Assembly: GCA_030704615.1 (NCBI GenBank)
Contig: CM060732.1
Span: 4,588,001-4,652,000 of the forward strand
Length of the DNA stretch: 64,000 nt
Origin: Takakia lepidozioides
Taxonomy: Eukaryota > Plantae > Bryophyta
Reading direction: 5' to 3'
The translations under genes and the position numbers were made by a program. Positions 49,614-61,829 of the stretch are shown here, one piece after another. Below the pieces are notes generated by a model, which was given only the letters and a program-made list of their open reading frames with translations, was not told the origin of the DNA and did no database searches. Numbering within the stretch: position 1 is the first letter of the stretch; each line of letters begins with the position of its first letter.

Positions 49614-50700
49614 ATTCAAAAAAAGAAACAAACAACAAAGAAAATCATGCATGCAAAGGAAAGGACAAAACATGGAACAAGGTGCGACAGTTGTACGTTT
49701 GCAAGCTTGGCCGACTCGGCCCCGGTGTACCGATGTGGTAGGAGTCCCCGTTGCCGGATGTGCCCGCATTATCCCCTCTCGGAGCCCCATTGGAAGTAGA
49801 TTCCAGATGTCGAGCATAGCCGGCGGTGGCGCCCCGCACGAGTCCAGACCCTTCTTTGCTGACCGCTCAGGCTGAGGGGGTGGCGTCGCTGACCGGCTAG
49901 GCTCTCCACCGGCCCATAGCTTCCCCCCCCCCCCCCCCCAAATGCTCCACAAGTTCAAGGCCCTCACCCGGCTTGACTATTCGAGGCGCTTCCTCAACTC
50001 AGCCACCTCATTGGCCCTCCTCATCTCCTCCTCCCTAATCCTCAACGACCACTTCCAAAGGCCCTTGAACCTGACCTTGGGTCTTGGCAAGTGCAGCCTT
50101 CGCTGCGGAGGACGGGGTCGCTATAGGGGTGACATCCAAAAGTTGCCCATACCGGGCCCCCGAACGGGTGATGCGCTTGCCAAGGTACATTTCACCCGTC
50201 TTGGTGGCCGGGGGTGCGCTCAACTGAGCATCCGGCTCAGCAACAACCTCCCGAATAGGAGAGCTGGTTGAGCCGGCCCCTGGCGCATCCAAGACGGGGA
50301 CAAGAGGGGGGGCGACTGGCCTCGGGAGGCGGACGACCCCTCCGGCTGCGGCTATCGACATGGCTGGTAAACCGTGAGACGCCAGTCCGCGTCACACGTG
50401 CCGACAGAGCATACAGGTTCTCCACCCCTTTCTTTGGGGCCGGGGACTTCTTCTCTTTCCCCATAAGCCTGGCACCTGTAAATGCAAACCCAAAAGTTGG
50501 CCTCACTAGGAAACAACCTCTACAATCGAAATTTAAAAAAATTAAAAAAATTAAAAATTAAACATGTGGGGGGCTGAGAGCAGCAAGTGCTGCTGGTCTC
50601 GAGAGGGGGCAACAAACCAAAAAAAAAAAAAAGGTGGGGGGGGGGGTGACTGAACCCCCATTTTTATTTATTTATTTATTTTTGTTTCTTGATCTCTTCC
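47329..50700 (-). mobile_element. CACTA (En/Spm) element end with subterminal repeats and a decayed TnpA-like gene
   Basis: Terminus CACTACATGAAAAA at 47329. Dense GCGAC/GTCGC motifs in both orientations to about 47960. Fragmented charged ORFs on the minus strand (48190-50500). Other end not found. Confidence 0.6.
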
Positions 50701-50714
50701 TCTCTCTCCCTCCC

Positions 50715-51241
50715 TCTTTGGAATCGGCCGGTTTTATCAGTTTTGATTTCCTATTTTTTCATTGACTTTCATCCATACCGGATAAGTCACCAACGGATGA
50801 GGAATTACCTCTTTGGGGGTTGCCATTGTCATCCTGTTTTTCATCCATACCGGATGATAACAGCCAAGATACTAATTTTTCATTCCTCTTTTATGGCCTG
50901 TTTTCATCTATACCGGATGAGAAATGTTGGGATGTTGAATTACCTGAGAGGAGTTGAACCGTTGCCGTGGATAATTTTTCCTGTTTTTTCATTGGTGTTG
51001 GATGATGTCTCCAATGGATGGGCTTATGGATGATTTTTTGTCTCTGTCATCTGAACCGGATGATATGTACAGCTGTTTATAGCCTTGATTTGATCTTAAC
51101 TACCCCTAATTATGGTTAATTACGGTGTGAAACCCTAGCCCCTACCCTAAAACCTAACCTAGCTATGGATGGAATCCGTCGGGTTTGAGGGATGTTATGT
51201 TTATTTTTCATCTTACGTGGATGAAAATCAGGCAAATGCCC
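50715..51241 (-). repeat. MULE-type terminal region (unpaired)
   Basis: Repeated TCATCC/CCGGATGA motifs, an AAACCCTAGCCCTACCCTAAAACCTAACC tract, and the end ..GGATGAAAATCAGGCAAATGCCC. Confidence 0.45.
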
Positions 51242-51249
51242 TAAGTCGT

Positions 51250-51664
51250 CTTTCCCACTGTCAAAAGCACAAGTTGTGCTTCTGAGCTCGCGGGGGGAGC
51301 GTTATGGCATCTACTTAGCTCAGTCTTTGCAGGCCACAGTGCAATCATTCAAGGATGTTCCTCGCCCGGGAATTGGACGTGTATACACACTGTGCACACC
51401 GGGATCAACAAAAGCAAGGAGGTGTACAATGTTTGCATCTCTAGAAGTCCGGAGTGCACATGCCCTGATTTTGACAAAATGAAGAAAGCAAAAGGATCCT
51501 ACACCCATTGCAAGCACATATATTATATTATATATTATATATTATATATTATGTTGTGCCGTTTGAAGATACGGGAAGACCAGGACGTCATCGATCACGC
51601 AACTCTCACCGTATCTGAGGTCAGGGGTATGTTAGTTCGTGATCCCTGTCATTGGGTCCCATAG
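51250..51664 (+). pseudogene. MULE-like transposase C-terminus (SWIM zinc finger)
   Basis: YNVCISRSPECTCPDF..YTHCKH fits CxCx(n)CxH. Confidence 0.8.
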
Positions 51665-52280
51665 AGACGCATTGGATATCCTGCATGTTTGGAATCCTTG
51701 TAATTTGTGCCGACTACAAAGTGCATGACCATTTGGATGAACTTGTTAACTCCAACTCTTTCCTCAGATGAGCTCATTTTTCAACTCCCATTTTTTTGCC
51801 TCCCACCCTGTTTTATCATGAATGATTGGGTGATGACAATTGGGAAGCCATGACAAGACTGGAAGTGTTAGATGGTGCCCCTGTTTTGGGCTGTTTATGT
51901 CTTTAATTGACAATGACCCTAGTGGGTCTTGTCCATGTCTTGACATGACATGAATATCTTCCCTCTCTTTCCTTTTCCAGTGTACTTAGTGATTTTCGTA
52001 CACACCATCTACCACTCTCCTTTCTGGTTATTTCTTCATCATGTTGATACACTAACATGGTTTTTTTTTTTCTGGCTTGGCAGAAGGTCCCTCCATGACA
52101 AAAATATGGAGCAATGACCTTCATAAGGTATGTTCTTCTCCAGCAAAAACTTGCTGGTGAAATTGGGGCACGGAGAGACTTGAGATAAGCATAGGGCTTT
52201 TTGAGGGTTGTCTTCATACCGATATACTGAGCTAGGCCCTGGTAAGACCACTTGCAGGAGTATGTGTACACCTTCTACAT

Positions 52281-52480
52281 GAGGGGATTGAAAATGCATG
52301 AGCGGTGAGCGGTGAGCACATGAGCATGAGCGGAGTATTCCGAACCTCGCCCGAACCTACACCGAGCCACAATGACAACCCAAAACGGAACTCCCCGACG
52401 TCCCCGGGTACCGACTTGTTTATACATAAACGGGATAATTTTGAATTTACAAAAAATCATCGAAAATAGGGGGTAGAACG
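52281..52480 (+). repeat. TIR-like end related to 35066 and 46295
   Basis: GGGGATTGAAAATGCATGAGCGGTGAGCGG..CATGAGCATGAGCGG..GAAAATAGGGG, lying just 3' of a minus-strand transposase end. Confidence 0.5.
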
Positions 52481-53089
52481 CCTATAGCCATGCCCGGATT
52501 TTGGGTGGTATAGTTGCCACCGACTACAACAGAGCATGCGAATATGAATTCTTTGAATGCTGCAAATTCGTTCAATTACAATGTGGCGAAAAGAAGTTGG
52601 TATTATTATAGTCAGCACCGACTATGTGACCCCAACTGGGAAAACAACCTTCATAAAATTATGAACAATGCACATGAGCGAAGGTACTATGTAGTCGGCA
52701 CAGACTATACTCGGCACAGACTATAGTAGGCTTCGACTTCATGTAGGTAAGTGAAATGTGGCAAGTGAGTGGGCTCTCTCTTTGAAACTCCATAGAGCGC
52801 ATTACTTAGCTATGGCTGCAGGTTTTAAAATAGCTCATAAAGCATGCAAACAAAAAGTCTGTGTGGGTTACCTTGACCAATACATCAGCATTGAAGAGCA
52901 TGGAAGCTGTTAAAGCAGCGTACAAGTAAAATTTTAATCCGAAATATTCAGATCCACACACATCAGTGGACGATACCAAACGGTTGAAGGTGGCACAGAA
53001 AAGTCGAGTGTCTACTCACTGAAAATTGGGGCCTCACTAAGTAGTGAATCTGATGACACCATAGTCGGCCACGATATGTGGGTGCTCAC

Positions 53090-54435
53090 TATGGTAACCA
53101 AGGACAAGGGTCGCGAACTAACATTGCCTTCACCTCATTTATGGTGAGATTAGGGTGGTTGATGTCATTCGAGTCTTCCGGCATCTTCAGGCGGCGCAAC
53201 AAAATATAGTATATGTGCTTTGCAATGGGTGTAAGTGAATTTCGCCCTTTTCATTTTGCCAAAGTCAGGGCAGGTGCACTCTGGATTTCTAGAGATGCAC
53301 ACATTGTAGGCCTCCCCTGCTTTGGCCGATCCCGGAGTGTGTACACACGACCAATTCCAGGGCGGGGAACATCTTTGAATGATTGTACAATTGCCTTCAA
53401 AGATTGTCCCAACTCGATCTTCTTCTAGGCTTGTGCACTCAATGGCTTTCGTCGATATATTTTTCCCCATCTCTTGGTGGCATATGTGTCCGGTCCAAGT
53501 GATTGGTATCATCCGCAATATATTGTCTCCCTCTCCCTCGACAGTGCTCGTGTCGTCATTAGGAACAAGTCGAAATCCAACTTGGGTGGGGCGTCAACCT
53601 CCTCCTGATTCAAATTTGTCCCAACCATGACAGGCCACACGTCGGGAACATTAGATCTGTCAAGCACATATCGCCCTGCTTCACCACCGGCGCAGTACAC
53701 GATATCTGTTGGACAGTGCCACATTTCCATCATCTTTCGTTTTGCCAAAGCCGGAGGATGGTGTCGACCAACATATCTAGGAGCAGGAACACCCAAACTG
53801 TGTAGTGGCCGGATTTCTTCTTTGCATGCTTGTTCACTGTTGACCAGACTGTACTGCCCAGCACTTTACTCGTGAAGTGTTGGACGTCCGAGCGATGTGC
53901 CAGCATGTTGTGGACACGGCGGTCTCCAAAACCGGCTTTCTGTTTTGTACTGGAAGGTCATCCTCCAAGGTGTCTACATACATGTCTACAGTAGTTGTGC
54001 GCACTATTTGTCCACCAGCACCTTCAGTGCGCCTGGGTGTGGTGCGGAGGTTCATGTCAGACCTCCATGAATGAAGGTGTTCCTCGTCTTGTAAGTTGTC
54101 GAGAACAACCTTCCACTTCGTTGTTCGAGTGAGAATGTCACCCTCAAGCCCAGGATTTCTGCCATGGAGAGGAGTGTCCTCCACAAAACTTCTTATCGCC
54201 TCAGCCATCTTCTGAGGATCTGAAGACTGTGCTGCCGCCCGTGCGGCCGGGACCGGAACCCTTTGCACCACCCTTCAGATAATTGTGGTAGGACGATGAT
54301 TGCAGAATAGCCCTTGTCATGTCGTCTTTGTTAGCTGTGTATAGGTCCACTTTCAAGACACCACTGCCGGCCTGCCAGCTTGCATGCACTGACTCATACA
54401 TGTTCACATTTGGCATTGATGCGTCATCCTCCAAG
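53090..54435 (-). pseudogene. MULE-like transposase C-terminal half (catalytic Glu region to SWIM)
   Basis: MPNVNMYESVHASW (TxNxxES-type motif), G.GP, LEGD..WRSD and YNVCISRNPECTCPDF..HCK; contains frameshifts. Confidence 0.75.
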
Positions 54436-54438
54436 TCA

Positions 54439-57400
54439 CCACAGTTTCTTCCCTGTTTTGCACTCCAAACTTGTTCAACTTCATGCATTCTTCATATAGA
54501 GTTCTGCAATAGTGAGCGAAGAGAACACTTTTTTTGGGGGGGCATTTTTTATTGGTCCAAATTTTGGCGGGGGAGTAGCGGTGGGATGCTTGAAGCCGCA
54601 GAATTGAGCCAAAAACAAAATCGATACGTGCCAGAAACCCCCAATGAAAGGCAGTGCAAACCTATTCAATGGCTTAAAATGAATTTAAATTCAATCAAAT
54701 TGTGGAATGGCTTGAGGGGTGAGCGCGTCTATGGGGAGGCAAATGATTTATTCATCTAATGTGTCTCCACACGTGTTCCAGCACATGGGGGCAAAAGAGG
54801 GGCTTCAACCACATCCGTTCAATGGGTGCAATAGTCGTGCACGCATTGCAAGATTTCTTTTTTCGCATTGAACAAAAACCAGATGACAAGTGAACGCCTC
54901 ATTGGACAATTGAACGAATTTTGATTGATCTTGTATCACACAGGGACGTATCAGAGGGTACATTGAACACACTGGCCTAGTCTCAAAGCGAACGAAAATC
55001 ATTTGGATGGGCAACCATCCGTTGGCCCATTGAACGAATTTCGATTGATCTCATATTACATTGGGGCCTCTTACATGGCACATTGAACATAATGGCCAAG
55101 TCTCAAAGTGAACCAAAATCATTTCGATGGCCAACCATCCGTTGAGCCATCGAATGAATTTCGATTGATCTCGTATAAGTCCGGGACCTGTGAGAGGTGT
55201 CTCGAACGTACTGACAAAGTTTGGAAGCAAACAAAAATGATTTGGATGGGCAACCATCCGTTCACCCGTTGAATGTATTCCGTTGACCCGTTGAATGTAT
55301 TCCGTTGGATCTGCTATTGCTTTGGGACCTGCTGGACTGTGTTTCGCACGCTCACGATTTTTTTTTTTCATTCTGTTTTTGAATGGGGCGTGTAATGTAG
55401 CCATATGCAACGTGCATGCCAAATTTGGGAGCGAACATAATTCATTTGGACCCAAAACCACAGTTTCTTCCCTGTTTTGCACTCCAAACTTGATTTGTGT
55501 TCAACTTCATGCACTCTTCATAAAGAGTTCTGCAATAGTGAGCGAAGAAAACACTTTTTTTGGGGGGGCATCTTTTATTGGTCCAAATTTTGGCGGGGGA
55601 GTAGCGGTGGATGCTTGAAGCCGCAGAACAAAATTGAGCCAAAAAAAAAAATCGATACGTGCCAGAAACCCCCAATGAAAGGCAGTCCAAACCTATTCAA
55701 TGGCTTAACATGAATTTAAATTCAATCAAATTGTGGAATGGCTTGAGGGGTGAGCGCGTCTATGGGGAGGCAAATGATTTATTCGTCTAATGTGTCTCCA
55801 CACGTGTTCCAGCACATGGGGGCAAAAGAGGGGCTTCAACCACATCCGTTCAATGGGTGCAATAGCCGTGCACGCATTGCAGGATTTCTTTTTTCGCATT
55901 GAACAAAAACCAGATGACAAGTGAACGCCTCATTGGTCAATCGAACGAATTTTGATTGATCTCGTATCACACAGGGACGTATCAGAGGGTACATTGAACA
56001 CACTGGCTAGGTCTCAAAGCGAACGAAAATCATCTGGATGGGCAACCATCCGTTGCCCATTGAACGAATTTTGATTGATCTCATATTACTTTGGGGCTTC
56101 TTACATGGCACATTGAACATAGTGGCCAAGTCTCAAAGCGAACCAAAATCATTTCGATGGCCAACCATCCGTTGAGCCATCGAATGAATTTCGATTGATC
56201 TCGTATAAGTCCGGGACCTGTGAGAGGGTGTCTCAAACGTATTGGCAAAGTTTGGAAGCAAACAAAAATGATTTGGATGGGCAACCATCCTTTCGCCCGT
56301 TGAATGTATTCCGTTGGATCTGCTATTGCTTTGGGACCTGTTAGACTGTGTTTCGCGTGCTCACGATTTTTTTTTTTCATTCTGTTTTTGAATGGGGCGT
56401 GTAATGTAGCCATATGCAACATACGTGCCAAATTTGGGAGCGAATATAATTCATTTGGACCCAAAACCACAATTTCTTCCCTGTTTTGCACTCCAAACTT
56501 GATTTGTGTTCAACTTCATGCACTCTTCATAGAGAGTTCTGCAATAGTGAGCGAAGAAAACACTTTTCTTGGGGGGCATTTTTTATTGGTCCAAATTTTG
56601 GCGGGGGAGTAGCGGTGGGATGCTTGAAGCCACAGAACAAAATTGAGCCAAAAACAAAATCAATACGTGCCAGAAAACCCCAATGAAAGGCAGTGCAAAC
56701 CTATTTATTGGCTTAACATGAATTTAAATTCAATCAAATTGTGGAATGGCTTGAGGGGTGAGTGCGTCTATGGGGAGGCAAATGATTTATTCGTCTAATG
56801 TGTCTCCACACCTGTTCCAGCACATGGTGGCAAAAGAGGGGCTTCAACCACATCCATTCAATGGGTGCAATAGTCGTGCACGCATTGCAGGATTTATTTT
56901 TTCGCATTGAACAAAAACCAGATGACAAGTGAACGCATCATTGGACAATTGAACAAATTTCGATTGATCTCGTATTACACTGGGACGTATTAGAGGGTAC
57001 ATTGAACACACTAGCCTAGTCTCAAAGCGAACGAAAATCATTTGGATGGGCAACCATCCGTTGGCCCATTGAACAAATTTCGATTGATCTCATATTACTC
57101 TGGGGCCTCTTACATGGCACATTGAACATAGTGGCCAAGTCTCAAAGCGAACCAAAATCATTTTGATGGCCAACCATCCGTTGAGCCATCGAATGAATTT
57201 TGATTGATCTCGTATACGTCCGGGACCTGTGAGAGGGTGTCTCAAACGTACTGGCAAAGTTTGGAAGCAAACAAAAATGATTTGGGTGGGCAACCATCCG
57301 TTCACCCGTTGAATGTATTCCGTTGGATCTGCTATTGCTTTGGGACCTGTTGGATCTGCTATTGCTTTGCGTGCTCACGATTTGTTTTTCATTCCGTTTT

Positions 57401-58107
57401 TGAATGAGGCGTGTAATGTAGCCATATGCAACGTGCGTACCAAATTTGGGAGCGAACATAATTCATTTGGACCCAAAACCACAGTTTCTTCCTTGTTTTG
57501 CACTCCAAACTTGATTTGTGTTTAACTTCGTGCACTCTTCATAGAGAGTTTTGCAATAGTGAGCGAAGAGAACACTTTTGGTGGCATTATCGTTTCCTCC
57601 AGTTCGGCGACTATATGCGGGAGGTGGACCCAAAACCACAGTTTCTTCCCTATTTTGCACTCCAAACTTGCTTTGTGTTCTACTTCATGCACTCTTCATA
57701 AAAGAGTTCTGCAATAGTGAGCGAAGAGAACACTTTTTTTTTGGGGCATTTTTTATTGGTCCAAATTTTGGCGGGGGAGTAGCAGTGGGATGCTTGAAGC
57801 CGCAGAACAAAATTGAACCAAAAACAAAATCGATGCGTGCCAGAAACCCCCAACGAAAGGCAGTGCAAACCTATTTATTGGCTTAAGATTAATTTAAATT
57901 CAATTAAGTTCTGGAATGGCTTGAGGGGTGAGCGCGTCGATGGGGAGGCAAATGATTTATTCGTCTATTGTGTCTCCGAACATATGTTGCACACATGTTC
58001 AAGCACATGCGGGCAAAAGATGGGCTTCAACCCATCCGTTCAATGGGTGCAATAGTCGTGCACGCATTGCAGGATTTTTTTTCTCGCAATGAACAAAAAC
58101 CAGATGA
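54439..58107. repeat. ~1.01-kb tandem array (about 3.6 copies) with ~120-bp internal subrepeats
   Basis: CACAGTTTCTTCCCTGTTTTGCACTCCAAAC recurs at 54439, 55459, 56467, 57479 and 57637. Subrepeats carry GGATGG-GCAA-CCATCC. Confidence 0.93.
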
Positions 58108-58799
58108 AGGCAATGACGATCTGGAAACTCTTGGGCTTCCACTGCTGGAAGACACATTGTGCGGCAACATGACACACTAGAAGCATTCGTGTCATTTACC
58201 ACTGGGGTAACGACTCATTTTGAGTCGTAAAAGTAAAAAAACCGGGATCGACTGGAAGTTACAAATGACTAGTTTCAATAGACGTGGAAGTTGGGTCGGA
58301 CATCCAATGATTAGAGTGGTAAAGGACGCAGACGCGCAAACAACTGCTTAGCAATTATTGCGATTAATGCTGAAGAACCACGTGGCGTAACCAGGCGGGC
58401 CGCCTGTGTGTCTGACCTTTTGGGCTGAGTTTGACTTTTCCCTCCGGATGAGTGGACCGACTCACCGGAGCGCGATGACACATGGACGCGGACGACGATG
58501 TGGACGCCAACGGGGCGGCGCCACGACGAGTAGCACTGCTGCCACGTGGCCACGGGCCCGGGGCGCCACGTGGTAGTCGACCACATAACTTGCAATGCTA
58601 CATGCCCAGTGGCAACTGCGACTACGGAAGTCGGCGCAACCACTGCTTTACTACTTTAAATGAAGTGCTTGAAATTACTTGAACAATCACTCATAGTGGT
58701 TCATGCTTTGAAGTTTTGGTGTTTGTAATGAGCCGACTAGTACATATGTATGTAATGCCATACAAGAGAACTAATCATGTCTATAGCTACAACAATACA

Positions 58800-61700
58800 A
58801 ACATGAGGACTCTTAGTGAGTCTGCACCCACACTCTATCCCTGCTCCTTCAACTATCCATGCCTCTGCACAAATTATGCATATATCATTGCCTTGCTGCT
58901 AGCTGCTGATGATGACAGCCTAGATTTGTTCTTACACCCCAACCCTATTTGGAAAAACAGGCTGAAATGTGTTGAGGAAGATGCCTTCATTAGCAGCACC
59001 TCATTCTATCAATTGTGTTGCCGCTATTGTTTCCACTTGCAACAATTGACCATCTACTCCAGCTGATTTCTTGTAGCTATTGATCCCTCAGCCTAAACCT
59101 GAACATGAATCTGGACCTCTATCCCTGGTCCCTCGGCTATCCCTACCCGTGTACAGATCATGAATACATCCCTCACCCTTCCTGCTAGCAGCTGACAATG
59201 ATAGCGTGAAGTTCTTCTAGAAAACACCCCAACCTCGGACTTAACAGTAGTTCCAATTCTGAATTGCAACTGCTTCTCTCTGTAGTCGAACAAGCACTCA
59301 CCTTTTTGTCTCCATTGTCCCCCCCCTGACTGGGGTCGGAAAGTGTTCATGCCAAAGCTTCTCTTCATCTTGTTATCTGTTTTTGGGTACTTTCCTGCTG
59401 CCACATCAGCAGTAACTTGTCAAAGTCACTCCAAACCACCCCACATCCACCCAACGAGCTAACTTACAGCATTCAATATGTAAATTCAGGCCTGGGTCTG
59501 ATGAGAGGGCAAAATAGGCTGAAATAGGTCGAAGAAGAAGGTGCCCTCACCACATTGTCCTTGAAGTTGTGTCATGACCCATGGAGGATTTGACTGACCA
59601 TGCACCTAAGAGGACCTCTTGTGTGTGCGAGGTGTGTGCTGCTTCCATAGGGAATTGCAGGGAATCTGGAGCTTGAAATCCGGCCGTCTTGGATGAATCT
59701 GGACCCACACTGCTCCCTGCTCCTTCAGCTATCCATGTCTCTGCACAAATCATGCATACATCATTGCCTTGATGCTAGCAGCTGACAATAACATCCTAGA
59801 ATTGTTCCAGCAAACACTTATCACACTAGTTCCTGTGCTGACTTGCGTCTGCTTCCAACAGGCATTCACCTTTTTGCCTGGATTGTTCCAGCATTGACTG
59901 GGGTCGGAACCGTATTCATTCCAGAGCTTCTCCACATCTCTATTATCTGTTTTTCAATACTTTCCTGTCGACCGCATTGGCACTAACATGTCAAAATCAC
60001 TCCAACACCACCATAGTTCCACCAACGAGCTAACTTGTAGAATTCAACATGAAAATGTAGGGACGACTCTGATAGCAGGGGAATTCAGGGTGAAATATGT
60101 TGAAGAAGGTACCTTCATTAGCAGTGGGCCTTGTTCTATCAATTGTGCTGCTGCCATTGCTGTTTCCAGTTGACCTTCTACCCACTCGTAGCTGTTGTGC
60201 TATTGAAGAAGGTGGCCCCCCTTCCCCCATCATTTGATCATAGGTCTCCAAAGCCTCCATACCATGTCCCTGCTGTGCATACCCTGCAAGCATCGCGTTC
60301 CATGACACCACATTTGGTTCAGCCATAGTGTTGAAAACTCCATTCGCATCCTTAATGCACCCACATTTGGCATAGACGTCCACCAGGGGAGTGTTCAGGA
60401 TGACATCTGGTACAATTCCAGCTTTGACGATGTCCATGGACCTCTTTCCCCTTTACCAGAGGTCCTAGGCTTGCACACGCATTGCAAACATGCGCAAGCA
60501 TGATGTGGTTGGGCTTCACCCCTTTGCGCAGCATTTGCTCATAGGTCGCCAAAGCATTCCTACCACACCCATGCTTGGTAAATTTTGCCAACATTATATT
60601 CCACATGATCAAAGATCGCTGAGGCATTCTGTAGAAATCTTGGCGAGCATCCATGATGCTCCCGCACTTAACATACATGTTGACAAGGGTGTTGAGTAGA
60701 AAAAACATTTGGCATGAATCCACTTTGGATAATGTGAGTATGCACCTGATTCCAGCTTCCAGACCTAGAGCCTTTGTCAGTCTGCATGCCTCACAAAGCA
60801 TCTTCACATGCCCTGCAGAAAAGGCATTGTGGACTCCCTCTCTTGATCCTCTTTCAGAAGTTGCGGTCATGGTTGAGGACGTGTCTGATTTTATCAACTG
60901 TGCCGCTGCAGCTGTTGCCTTTAGTTGACCATCTACCCATTTAGGTTTCTTGTAGCAATTGATCCACATGGAATCACAGGTAATCTGGAGCTTGAACTCC
61001 GGCCCTCTTGGATGATTCATCATGGATTCATCTTTGCCCTTGCTGCTAGCAGCTGACAATGACAACCTAGGAAACACCCAATCACACTAGTTCCTATGCT
61101 GAATTGCGTCTGCTACTCTTTGTCATCTAATAGGCATTCAACTTTTTGCCTCGGTTGTTCCACCATTCACTGGGGTCAACAAAGTATTCATTCCACACCT
61201 TCTCCTCATCTCTGTTATGTGTTTTGGATACTTTCCTGCTGCCACATCGACAGTTACTTGTCATAGTCACTCCAAACCACCACAGATCCACCCAACGAGC
61301 TAACGTACAGAATTCAATATGCATCTCAGGGCCGAGTCTGATGAGAGGGCAAAACAGGCTGAAATAGGTCAAAGAAGAAGGTGCCCTCATCACATTGTCC
61401 TTGACAACTCAATATGTAAATTCAGGGCCGAGTCTGATGAGAGGGAAAAACAGGCTGAAATAGGTCGAAGAAGAAGGTGCCCTCACCACATTCTCCAAGG
61501 CCTCCATACCACGCCCCTGCAAGCATCGTGTTCCACGTGATGAAAGATCGTTGAGGCATTCTGTTGAACACTTGGTGAGCATCCATGATGCTCCCGCACA
61601 TAACATACATGTTGACAAGGGTGTTGAGTAGAAAAATATTTGGCGTGCACTTTGGATAATGTGAGTGTGCACCTGCTTTCTAGCTTCAAGGCCTTTCATC

Positions 61701-61820
61701 TTGATGCACTTATGCAAGAGACAGACATACGTATCTCAATCTGCTGAAATGCCTCCTTGGTTTAAAGTCAGTAGAGCCTCTTTCAGTCTGTCTGCCTCAC
61801 AAAGCATCTTCACATCCATG
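58800..61820 (-). pseudogene. Shuffled, duplicated fragments of a PPR gene with an OSB-type PDF motif
   Basis: PPR repeats NTLVNMYVKCGSIMDARQDF..WNIML and LVDVYAKCGCIKDA..NVVSWNAMLAGYAQQGHG. PDF-like EEKVWNEYFVDPSEWWNNR..PEFK..W...PKWV. Blocks repeat at about 59430, 60000 and 61270. Confidence 0.75.
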
Positions 61821-61829
61821 CTCATAAAA

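Noticed and set aside
51518-51552. TATATTA expansion inside the SWIM fragment
   Set aside because: Ordinary microsatellite slippage in a pseudogene.
54481-58055. Many similar short ORFs
   Set aside because: By-products of the 1-kb tandem repeat; no conserved frame or recognisable domain.
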